Shown here one piece after another: positions 7,745-15,564 of a stretch of 23,431 bases of DNA. Both the position numbers and the translations under genes were made by a program. Origin of the DNA: an uncultured Gemmatimonadota bacterium (GTDB lineage: Bacteria > SM23-81); the NCBI GenBank assembly GCA_964584035.1, contig CAZOYL010000028.1, positions 1 through 23,431 on the forward strand, in the 5' to 3' direction. Positions within the stretch are counted from its first letter, which is position 1. Each line of letters begins with the position of its first letter. Under the pieces are notes generated by a model. It saw nothing but the letters and a program-made list of their open reading frames with translations, was not told the DNA's origin and made no database searches.

Positions 7745-8856
7745 AGTTTCCTCCCGGTCAGGATGGCCACATAGCGGTCATTGGGCAGCGGCTCTTTACG
7801 GTGTTGCTCGATAACGGCGATCAGCCCGGCCGTGGAAGCCGGGAGGACATTGAGCCCCTCCCTTTCCCGGACCAGGCGCGAGAAGGCCATCATGTTCTTG
7901 TCGGAGGCATCGGCCGCCCAGCCCCGGGTCTGACGGATCGCCTGCAGAGCGTAATCGCCGTCGATGGAGCGCCAGTTGATCAGGGGCTCATTGATCTTCG
8001 TCTCGCGGATCTGCTCGGGCGGCAGGTCCTCGCAGGTCGGCAGGTTCTTGAGAAAGGCCTGCACGATGGGATTCTTCCGGTACGTCGACCCGGCCACAAA
8101 GCGCGGCATCCGGGATATCTTGCCGCGACGGTAGAGGCTGAGGAATCCCCTGAAGATGCCGGCCAGGGTGGTGCCGTTGGAAACCGGCACGGCCACGGCC
8201 GCGGGCGCATCGCGCAGCTCGTCGTAGATCTCGTAGGCGATCTGGCCGTAGGAGCGCAGCTGGAGCACCGTGTTGGCGCCCCCGGGATTGGCGTCGTACA
8301 CCTCATTCTTTTCGGCGAAGCCCTGAGATTCCTCCACCGCCTTCTCGTAGTCACCGGGAATACGGACGATCTCCGCGCCCAGATCGGTCATCTCCTTGAT
8401 CCGCTGGGTATGATAGGACTCGGGAAGATAGACGACACATCGCAACCCCCCCAATGATGCCGCCAGCGCCACGGCCACGCCGTAATTTCCGCAGGTGGCC
8501 ATGGTGAGGGCGTCGAACCCGCGCCGGAGAGCGTCTCTGGCCTGGGCGAAGGCGATCCGGTCCTTCTGCGTGCCGGTGGGATTACCCCCCTCGAACTTCA
8601 AATAGATCTGACGAAATCCTACCTCCCGCTCGATATTGCGGGCCCGCAACAACGTGGTGTCCCCCACCTCGGAGTCGATGATGTCCTCATAGGCCTCCAT
8701 CCGCTCTTCGAGAGGATAGGTCCTGTCGGCGGCGATGCGGCGGAGCTCCTCCACCTCCTTGGCGATCTCGAAGACCTGCCCGGTGGCTCCGTCCATGAGT
8801 TGAAAGACCGCCTCTTCCGAAGGCGGTAGTTTATCCTGGTTATTCTGATCTGTCAT
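7741..8856 (-). CDS. PLP-dependent fold-type II enzyme, threonine synthase-like
   Basis: ATG 8856 after RBS GGAGGGGGAGG. IYLKFEGGNPTGTQKDR (Schiff-base Lys), ATCGNYG, VPVSNGTT, C-terminal ILTG. Confidence 0.9.
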   Translation of the reverse strand: MTDQNNQDKLPPSEEAVFQLMDGATGQVFEIAKEVEELRRIAADRTYPLEERMEAYEDIIDSEVGDTTLLRARNIEREVGFRQIYLKFEGGNPTGTQKDRIAFAQARDALRRGFDALTMATCGNYGVAVALAASLGGLRCVVYLPESYHTQRIKEMTDLGAEIVRIPGDYEKAVEESQGFAEKNEVYDANPGGANTVLQLRSYGQIAYEIYDELRDAPAAVAVPVSNGTTLAGIFRGFLSLYRRGKISRMPRFVAGSTYRKNPIVQAFLKNLPTCEDLPPEQIRETKINEPLINWRSIDGDYALQAIRQTRGWAADASDKNMMAFSRLVREREGLNVLPASTAGLIAVIEQHRKEPLPNDRYVAILTGRKL

Positions 8857-8898
8857 GACCTCCCCCTCCTGAGAGGGATCTGTGAGATGAAACTCTAT

Positions 8899-8955
8899 AA
8901 AAAAGGAAGCCAAGAACCGCATCTGCTCACCGTGAGACCGATCTTGACGGCTTCT
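8899..8955 (-). terminator. Putative intrinsic terminator/attenuator in the operon leader
   Basis: Long imperfect hairpin (GAAGC/GCTTC, CAAGA/TCTTG, CTCA/TGAG) followed by CTTTTTT, ending about 40 nt before the PLP gene start. Confidence 0.55.
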
Positions 8956-9034
8956 CCCAGTCCACCGGTCCGATGGCGAAGCGATAGCGCAGTCTCGGCA
9001 GGCGCACCTGAGCGTCCGGGGCGATCTGCTGCAT
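8927..9034 (-). CDS. Putative 35-aa leader peptide MQQIAPDAQVRLPRLRYRFAIGPVDWEKPSRSVSR
   Basis: ATG preceded by GGGAG; the stop codon lies at the apex of the leader hairpin. Below the ORF-track cutoff; no independent proof of translation. Confidence 0.3.
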   Translation of the reverse strand: MQQIAPDAQVRLPRLRYRFAIGPVDWEKPSRSVSR

Positions 9035-9138
9035 TTCATCTCCCGGGACGACTTCCGGTTTTGGAACGAATCCGATTGGCCGGCTGGTCGATGGACCGCC
9101 CTGCTGGCCAATGGGCCGGCTGTTACCGCAAGGAGAAT

Positions 9139-9167
9139 GATATAAGCACCGCTTCGATCCCGAGCAA
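9139..9167 (-). promoter_or_regulatory. Candidate sigma70 promoter for the four-gene operon
   Basis: TTGCTC (9167-9162), 17 nt, TATATC (9144-9139, overlapping TATCAT) in a locally AT-rich patch. Confidence 0.4.
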
Positions 9168-9244
9168 GCTATTTCTCGCCGATGCCTTGTTTTTCTTCAG
9201 GGCCCTGGCACCCTGAGAGCGGCAGCCGGGCGCAGCGACTTGCT

Positions 9245-10660
9245 CTACCGGCTGCCGTACAGGCTGTATTCCCAGGGTCCCAGCGTCAGGGAGGCCCCCT
9301 CCTGAAGATCGACATCCCGGCCGGTGAACACCTCGCGGTAGGCTCCGATGAATTCCCGGCCCCGCAGAGAGATATCCAGGCTCTTGGGGGTCAGATTGAA
9401 AATCGCCAGGAACCGGCTGGTGTCCTTCTGACGTAAACAGGCGAAGACCGCCTCGTCATTGGAGGTGGCCACTCGCCGGACCCTCCCGCCCCACTGCCCG
9501 TTCCACAACGCCCGCTGGTCCCTCTTGAGATGCAGCAGAGTGGTATAGAGCTCCGTGAAGGGATGGTCGCGCCACTCGATGAGGTCCTTCTCGAAAAATT
9601 CCAATCGCCTGTCCAGACCGGCCTCCTGGCCGCTGTAGATCAGGGGCATACCCTCCAGGATGGCGGTCAGCACGGCCATAACCTCGGCGCTCTCTCCCAG
9701 TCGCTCGAAAACCGTGCCATTCCATGAATTCTCATCGTGGTTGGAAGTGAAGTTCATGCGCAAGGCATCGGCGGGATACCTCTGCCGCTCGGCCTGCAGA
9801 TAGCGGTCCAGATCAGCCGCCGTTCGAGTGCCCCCGGCGATGCCGTTGATGATATGATAGAGGGACCAATGATAGGTCATGTCGAAGGCCCGCCGGTGAA
9901 ACTCCGGCCCCTCGGCCTCGGCCAGCATGAAGACGGGCTTGATCGCTTCCAGTTCGGTTCGCGCGCGGTCCCAGAAATCCATCGGCACCATGCCGGCCAC
10001 GTCGCAGCGAAAACCGTCGATGTCCATCTCCCGGACCCAGTAGGCCATGGCAGCGATCATATAATCCCGCAGGGCGGTAGAGTGGTAGTCCAGGTCGATG
10101 ACGTCCGTCCAGTCGGGCACGGGGGGAAAGAATCGGCCTTTGGAATCTCGCATGTACCAGTCGGGATGTTCAACCGCCAGCGGATTATCCCAGGCCGAGT
10201 GGTTGGCCACCCAGTCGATGATGACGTACATGCCCATGTCGTGGGCGGCATCCACCAGCGTCCGGAATTCCTCGGCGGTGCCGAACTCGGGATTGACGCC
10301 GTAATAATCCCTGACAGAATAGTAGCTGCCCAGGCTGCCCTTGCGTTGCTGCTGGCCGATGGGATGGATGGGCATGAACCAGAGGATGCCCGCGCCCAGG
10401 TCCCGCAGCCTGTCCAGATGCGGCCGGAAGCCCCGGAAGGTGCCCTCCGGCGAGTACTGCCGAACGTTGACCTCGTAGATGGCCAGATTACGGCTCCACT
10501 CGGGATGGGTCACCTGACTGGCCGGCGCAGCGATCGCCGGCTGCTCGACCACGGCCGTACCAGCGCCCCGGCCGTCGGGCGACTGACATGAGGGCAAAAT
10601 CAGCAGGACGGCCAGAAGGAAAAATAGAAAAAGGTAACTCAGTCGGTCTTTCTTCGCCAT
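9245..10660 (-). CDS. GH13 alpha-amylase family lipoprotein
   Basis: ATG 10660 with RBS GGAGG; signal peptide with lipobox LPSC. GH13 regions DWVANH, GFRCDVA, LAEAE, NHDE, so the catalytic D/E/D triad is intact. Confidence 0.93.
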   Translation of the reverse strand: MAKKDRLSYLFLFFLLAVLLILPSCQSPDGRGAGTAVVEQPAIAAPASQVTHPEWSRNLAIYEVNVRQYSPEGTFRGFRPHLDRLRDLGAGILWFMPIHPIGQQQRKGSLGSYYSVRDYYGVNPEFGTAEEFRTLVDAAHDMGMYVIIDWVANHSAWDNPLAVEHPDWYMRDSKGRFFPPVPDWTDVIDLDYHSTALRDYMIAAMAYWVREMDIDGFRCDVAGMVPMDFWDRARTELEAIKPVFMLAEAEGPEFHRRAFDMTYHWSLYHIINGIAGGTRTAADLDRYLQAERQRYPADALRMNFTSNHDENSWNGTVFERLGESAEVMAVLTAILEGMPLIYSGQEAGLDRRLEFFEKDLIEWRDHPFTELYTTLLHLKRDQRALWNGQWGGRVRRVATSNDEAVFACLRQKDTSRFLAIFNLTPKSLDISLRGREFIGAYREVFTGRDVDLQEGASLTLGPWEYSLYGSR

Positions 10661-10748
10661 ACAGTTATCCTCCATGAAGGATCTGCTTTTTAAGGATAGG
10701 GATCAAGCCAGACAAACAGATTCTTCTCCGCCTCGCACGCTCAGCGGC

Positions 10749-11480
10749 TCATATCTGCGCCCTTCTCCGAAACCGCCCCACCAGCCACATGATCAGGGCC
10801 GCATGATAGGCCGTTCCGATGCTCAGGGCGACCCACATCTCCCCGCCCCTGTCCATGGTCCAATAGGCCCTGGCCCACCAGTAGCTGGGCATCAATCCCA
10901 GTATCAGCTGCCAGTCCGAATGGATGAAATAGGCCGCCACCGGGCCCACCAGGAGCACGCCGAAGGCCTTCATCAGAGCCAGGCCCTCCAGCTTATTTCC
11001 GGCGAAGGCGGCCATGACCAAGGCCAGCAGCGGGGCGAACAGACTGCACAGCACGGCGATGGGGATCAGCCGCGGCAACGCGGCCGGCGAGATCAATCCG
11101 GTCAGGGGCGTGCAGATGAGCACATGGACCGTGCTCAGCCCGATCATCAGCGACAGGCGGTAGCCGAGGAATTGGCCGCCGGAGGCCGGCGTGACACCCA
11201 GGGCGGTGAGGATGCCGTCATCTCGCTCATCCAGCAGCAGCAATCCCATGACCACCCCGATGATCATGGGGATCTCCATGATGAAGAAAAAGCTGACGAT
11301 CAGGTCATGATAGGGAACCAGATCGATGTCGTACACCTGTCTCAGCCAGACCGTCAGGCCCGGGGTGGCAAAACGAACCAGGAGCACCATCAACCATGGG
11401 ACCAGGGCCAGATAGATCAACAGCGGGTCCCGGCGCAGGTTGGACAGGTCGTTTCTGGCCAGCGAGAGGGCCAGTCGCAT
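10749..11480 (-). CDS. ABC-2 type exporter permease
   Basis: About 6 TM segments, LLLDERDDGILTALGVTP, AGNKLEGLA; resembles the Rv2686c-type permeases. Confidence 0.85.
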   Translation of the reverse strand: MRLALSLARNDLSNLRRDPLLIYLALVPWLMVLLVRFATPGLTVWLRQVYDIDLVPYHDLIVSFFFIMEIPMIIGVVMGLLLLDERDDGILTALGVTPASGGQFLGYRLSLMIGLSTVHVLICTPLTGLISPAALPRLIPIAVLCSLFAPLLALVMAAFAGNKLEGLALMKAFGVLLVGPVAAYFIHSDWQLILGLMPSYWWARAYWTMDRGGEMWVALSIGTAYHAALIMWLVGRFRRRAQI

Positions 11481-11528
11481 CAGGCCGTTCCTCTCATAGA
11501 AAAGGTCAATCGCATCAGGCCGTTCCTC
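11475..11528. repeat. 19-bp perfect direct repeat, 35-bp period, spanning the permease-permease junction
   Basis: tcgcatcaggccgttcctc at 11475-11493 and 11510-11528. Confidence 0.95.
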
Positions 11529-12219
11529 CCCTGCCGATCAGATGGCGATCGAACCGCCGCCGGACCAGCACGGTCAGGATGGATATCCAGAGAACTTGAT
11601 AGACCGCCGCATAGACGATCTGCCACGGATGAATGAAAGTAAAGGCACCCTGGAGCAGCAGCAGCGAACCGTGGGTGGGAATCAGATAGAAGGCCGGAGA
11701 CCGCCACCAGCCGAAAAAGGGGATCAGCGGCAGGTAGAGAACGACGACGTAGAGCTGCGAGGGGATCATAAACCGGCTGATGGAATCGTAGGGTGCCACG
11801 GCATAGACGCCCGCCAGCAGGTTAATCATGGCGCAGAGAATCACACCGGAGGCGAACAGAACCGTGTTGAAATGAGGGCTGCGGCTGCCCAGGGCCACGG
11901 CGAAGGAGATGATCATGGCCAGCAGGGTCAGGGTCACCAGCCGGGCAGCCAGAAACTCCCGGAAACGAAGCGGTGAGGTCAACAGGGCCGTCAGGGTCCC
12001 CTCGCCTTTTTCAAAAAGCAGGCTGCCGGCCATGAAATAGAAACCTACCACCGCCAGATCGACGAACACCACGAACGGCACGGCCGCCGCGAGGGCGCCG
12101 GGCCGCAGAGAACGCAATACGGCGATCCACACCAGGGCCATGAAAACGGCGGCATAGAGAAATCCATAGCGCTGCTGTAGCCTCCAGTCCAGGCGCATGA
12201 AGGACCACAGCCGTCTCAC
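11515..12219 (-). CDS. ABC-2 type exporter permease
   Basis: About 6 TM segments, DWRLQQRYGF, LLFEKGEGTLTALLTSP; GTGA overlap with the ATPase gene. Confidence 0.85.
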   Translation of the reverse strand: MRRLWSFMRLDWRLQQRYGFLYAAVFMALVWIAVLRSLRPGALAAAVPFVVFVDLAVVGFYFMAGSLLFEKGEGTLTALLTSPLRFREFLAARLVTLTLLAMIISFAVALGSRSPHFNTVLFASGVILCAMINLLAGVYAVAPYDSISRFMIPSQLYVVVLYLPLIPFFGWWRSPAFYLIPTHGSLLLLQGAFTFIHPWQIVYAAVYQVLWISILTVLVRRRFDRHLIGRGGTA

Positions 12220-13082
12220 GACAGGCGCCTCCCGGTGAGCTGGATGAAGACGTCCGCCAGAGTGGCTTCCTGGGAATGAAGGGTCTCGACGGATTGGCCG
12301 CGCAGCAGGGACAGAAACTCAGGATTATCGCCCAATCCTTCCAGGGGAAATTCTTTCTTCTCGATCCGCCGGCCGCTGACATATTCGACGGCGACGCGAC
12401 GCCGGCCGTGCCGGATCTTTAGATCCCGGGGCGAGTCGGTCAGAATAATTCGGCCGTCGAGAAGAAAGGCCACTCGATCACAGAGTTCATCGACCGTCAC
12501 CATATCGTGGGTGGTCAGAAAAACGGTCCCCCCCGCCGTGCGCCGCTGCCCGATGATTTCCCTGATACGTGCCGCTCCGGCGGGATCCAGTCCGGCCGTC
12601 GGTTCGTCCAAAAACAACAGCTTCGGGTCGTTCAACAGGGCCCGGGCGAAGGTCAGGCGCACCTGCATCCCCTTGGACAGCTGCCCCACGCGAATGTCGG
12701 CTTCCTTGCGCAGGCCGACCTGGTCGAGCAGGTCTCCTATGTTCCCTGCGGTACCGGTGTAAAGCGAGCCGAAAAATTCCAGGTTCTCCCGGGCGGTCAG
12801 CTTTCTATAGAAATTGGGGCGCTCGAAGCCCACCCCGATGTGCTCATAATACTCCCCTCCCCAGGAGGACAGCTCCTTCCCCCAGACGGTCACTCGACCG
12901 GCGTATCCATGCAGAAGTCCGGTGAGAACATTCTGGGTGGTGCTCTTTCCAGCGCCGTTGGGTCCCAGGAATCCGAAGATCTCTCCGCCGGCGATGTCAA
13001 ACTCGACTTCATCTACAGCCCGCGAAGCTCTTCCGGCATAGGTGTAGCTCAGTCCCTGGACCTCGACCACGTTGTCGCTCAT
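12216..13082 (-). CDS. ABC exporter ATP-binding protein
   Basis: ATG 13082 with RBS GGGGAGG. Walker A GPNGAGKST, signature LSKGM, Walker B LLFLDEPT, H-loop TTHDM. Confidence 0.95.
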   Translation of the reverse strand: MSDNVVEVQGLSYTYAGRASRAVDEVEFDIAGGEIFGFLGPNGAGKSTTQNVLTGLLHGYAGRVTVWGKELSSWGGEYYEHIGVGFERPNFYRKLTARENLEFFGSLYTGTAGNIGDLLDQVGLRKEADIRVGQLSKGMQVRLTFARALLNDPKLLFLDEPTAGLDPAGAARIREIIGQRRTAGGTVFLTTHDMVTVDELCDRVAFLLDGRIILTDSPRDLKIRHGRRRVAVEYVSGRRIEKKEFPLEGLGDNPEFLSLLRGQSVETLHSQEATLADVFIQLTGRRLS

Positions 13083-13090
13083 AGCCTCCC

Positions 13091-14362
13091 CTATTCCGGG
13101 ACCCGTTCCCTCAGCCGGCGGATCCGCTCCGGAAACTGCGGTCCGATCTCGGTGGCTTTCTCGAACTTCTCGGCCCATGACAGCATCTCACGGGCCCGGT
13201 TTTTCTGTCCTGATTCGATCAGCGCCTCGCTATAGCTCAGGGCCGCGGCGGTGATATTCTTCACCAGCTGGCCGGTGCCCACCCGGCGCACCGGACTGCG
13301 GTCGGCCGGGCTGACCAGCGGGCCGGAGAAGTCGCCGGGATCGATCTGTGACAGGCAGGCGTCCACCATAGAGGTGTCTATCGCGCTGGAGACCGGTAAC
13401 GGAAACCAGGAATAAAAGGGCCCGAAGAAGCACAGGTGATCTCTGGTGTCGCGGTCAAAGGCGCGTTCGCCCACCGTCACCGAGACGGCGATGGGCCTGC
13501 CGAACTGCCCGTCCCGGCGCTGCTGCATCCATCCCCGGATGATCTGGTCGGAGACGAACACCATCCGGCCCTGTTCATCCTGACGGGCCTGCAGGCTATC
13601 CAGCCGGGTGTCCTCCACCGGCAGGGAGAGCCCGCAATGATCGCGTAAATAGCGGGCATACCAGGCGGTGTTGAGGAGCGAACGGTTGACGACCACGACA
13701 TCGCTGCGAAAATTCTCCACCTCCTGCAGGGCCACGGCCGGATACGTATCCATATCACCATTGGTGATCAGCACGGCATTTCTGGGAAGATGGCGAAGCA
13801 TCCAGCGGTTGTAGGCCAGCAGGGCCGGTGTGAAGAAACCGCTCCGGGCCATTCGCTGCGACGCTCTGTTCACCATCTGGCTGTTACCGCGGTGCATGGC
13901 CTCCACCCAGATCCCGGTCCAGACATTGCCATCGTTGGAATCGCAGGCTGCAGCAGCCTGCAGATGATGCCAGGTGCTGTCGAAGTCGGCCTGGGCCCAT
14001 TTTCCATACATGGGATTGTACGTCGAGGCCAGCACATCATGGGCGAAGCTGTGGCAGGGCTCCAGCTCCAGAGCCCGGCGAGCGGCCGTGATGGCCTGCT
14101 CCTTATTCCCCAGCCGGCGATAGGTCTCGGCCAGCCAGGCATGGGCATCGGGATCACCCTCGAGCGCCTGTGCCGCCCCTTCCAAGAGAGGAAGGGCCTG
14201 CTCCAGCTGGTTCTGCCGGTACAGAGCCTGCCCTTCTTCCAGACTTGAGGTCTTCTTCTCCCCGCAGCCGGAGAGGACCAGAAGAAGGGCGAGGATGATG
14301 ATCGGGGACGTCTTCATCACGGGCCGGTCGAAAATACGTTCCCTTAAAGATCGAATGTTCAT
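13091..14362 (-). CDS. TPR lipoprotein with a DUF2723/TMEM260-like soluble domain
   Basis: ATG 14362 with RBS AAGGAG (alternative 14317); lipobox LSGC; N-terminal TPR helices; motif NAVLITNGDMDTYP-x3-LQEVE...DVVVVNRSLLNTAWY. Confidence 0.75.
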   Translation of the reverse strand: MNIRSLRERIFDRPVMKTSPIIILALLLVLSGCGEKKTSSLEEGQALYRQNQLEQALPLLEGAAQALEGDPDAHAWLAETYRRLGNKEQAITAARRALELEPCHSFAHDVLASTYNPMYGKWAQADFDSTWHHLQAAAACDSNDGNVWTGIWVEAMHRGNSQMVNRASQRMARSGFFTPALLAYNRWMLRHLPRNAVLITNGDMDTYPAVALQEVENFRSDVVVVNRSLLNTAWYARYLRDHCGLSLPVEDTRLDSLQARQDEQGRMVFVSDQIIRGWMQQRRDGQFGRPIAVSVTVGERAFDRDTRDHLCFFGPFYSWFPLPVSSAIDTSMVDACLSQIDPGDFSGPLVSPADRSPVRRVGTGQLVKNITAAALSYSEALIESGQKNRAREMLSWAEKFEKATEIGPQFPERIRRLRERVPE

Positions 14363-14385
14363 GGCCGTCTCCTTCTGAAAAAGGG

Positions 14386-14427
14386 TTTCGGATTTCTTGT
14401 TTCGGGTTTCTGCTTTCCGATTTCGGG
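14386..14427. repeat. Six tandem degenerate heptamers TTTCNNN
   Basis: tttcgga tttcttg tttcggg tttctgc tttccga tttcggg, intergenic. Confidence 0.85.
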
Positions 14428-14505
14428 ATTGGGGGCTCGAAAAAAGAAAGCCGTGAAATTCGATCAATAATAAATCGGGATGTGCGATTCGGCCGTCGTT
14501 CTCCC

Positions 14506-15543
14506 TCACGGCCGGACCAATCTCTCAAACTCCGGATCATCCCTCAGCCCGGCCAGGTCTTCATCGCCGGCGGCCTGTGTCTTCAGCTTGGGATTGCTGT
14601 CCAGCGATCTCTCCAACGCCTCAAGGGCCGGCTCTCTATAACCGGCGGCCAGCCGGATGACGGCCAGATCGTAGAGCGCCTCGGCATGCTCCGGGGCCAG
14701 CTCGGCGGTGCGCTCCATATGAGGCAGCGCCTGCTGGAACTTCTTCTGAGTGAACAGGGTCCAGGCCTTGTTCCAGGCGTCGTTGATCAGGGCCAGCCGC
14801 AGCAGGCGGCCCAGCTCCCTGAAGGGCTCGGCATGATCGTCCACCCGGATATCGATGGCCCGATCGGTGTAGCCGCCGTAGCCGGCTCCCTCCCTGACCA
14901 CCAGCAGGGCGGCCGATTGCTTGCCGCGGGAATCCCCGCCGGCCTCCTCCCCGGCCGTCAGGGCGGCATACAGCCGCTCGGCCAGGGCGCCCCGGGTCTC
15001 CAGAAAGGCCCGCTCCATATCCGCCACCACCGCCTCTCCGGCCAGGATATTCCCCTGGATGGCGTAATCGGGCCCGTTCCGGCCCCCGGCCCAGGAGAGA
15101 CAATCCGCTCCGGTATAGGTGGCCGAGAGCCCCTCGTCCGAGACGATGCCCAGCTGGCGCCGGGATGGATCCTCGTCGCCGCGGATGAGCACATCCACCG
15201 CCTCCCGGGGCGTCAAGCCGCTCTCCAACAGGTCCAGGCCGCGCCAACCGAAAGAGGTGTTGGCAAAGGCCTGGGTGGCCACGGCGCCGACCCCGACCCG
15301 GGCCCAGGGGACCACGCTGCCGACGGCGAAGAACCGTGAGGCCACGGCCACACCCAGCTCACCGGCGGCCCCGTCACGAGCCACGATGGAAAAGGTGGCC
15401 GGCCCGCAGTGTCTCATGTCATCGGTTAAGTCATACTCGTAAGAGCTTGCATTGCATGCTATAAACAATAATAATAAGCACAGCACCGCCTTTCCGGCAG
15501 GCTGCCCGCCGCAGGATGGTCTGATTCGCCGGGATGCGCTCAT
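14506..15543 (-). CDS. DUF1028 (Ntn-hydrolase-like) protein with C-terminal TPR, probably exported
   Basis: RBS AAGGAGG; hydrophobic signal with possible lipobox FIAC; TFSIVARD...GELGVAVAS, QGNILAG, GGDSRGKQSAAL, DIRVDDH; TPR-like tail. Confidence 0.88.
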   Translation of the reverse strand: MSASRRIRPSCGGQPAGKAVLCLLLLFIACNASSYEYDLTDDMRHCGPATFSIVARDGAAGELGVAVASRFFAVGSVVPWARVGVGAVATQAFANTSFGWRGLDLLESGLTPREAVDVLIRGDEDPSRRQLGIVSDEGLSATYTGADCLSWAGGRNGPDYAIQGNILAGEAVVADMERAFLETRGALAERLYAALTAGEEAGGDSRGKQSAALLVVREGAGYGGYTDRAIDIRVDDHAEPFRELGRLLRLALINDAWNKAWTLFTQKKFQQALPHMERTAELAPEHAEALYDLAVIRLAAGYREPALEALERSLDSNPKLKTQAAGDEDLAGLRDDPEFERLVRP

Positions 15544-15564
15544 GTCGGCCTCCTTTCCCTCACC

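Noticed and set aside
9000..9050. Glycine riboswitch (GGAGA...CGCTCAGGT resemblance)
   Set aside because: The central CCGAAG motif and the expected P1 pairing are missing.
6664..9111. N-terminal extensions in the ORF track (6780, 9111; likewise 13178, 14509, 17260, 22035, 22894)
   Set aside because: They overlap neighbouring genes or leaders and are low-complexity; downstream starts have clear RBSs.
9186..9216. Hairpin TCAGGG...CCCTGA after the GH13 gene as an intrinsic terminator
   Set aside because: On the coding (minus) strand it is followed by an A-run, not a U-tract.
10749..13082. Calling the ABC exporter a fluoroquinolone resistance determinant
   Set aside because: Family resemblance only; substrate cannot be inferred from sequence.
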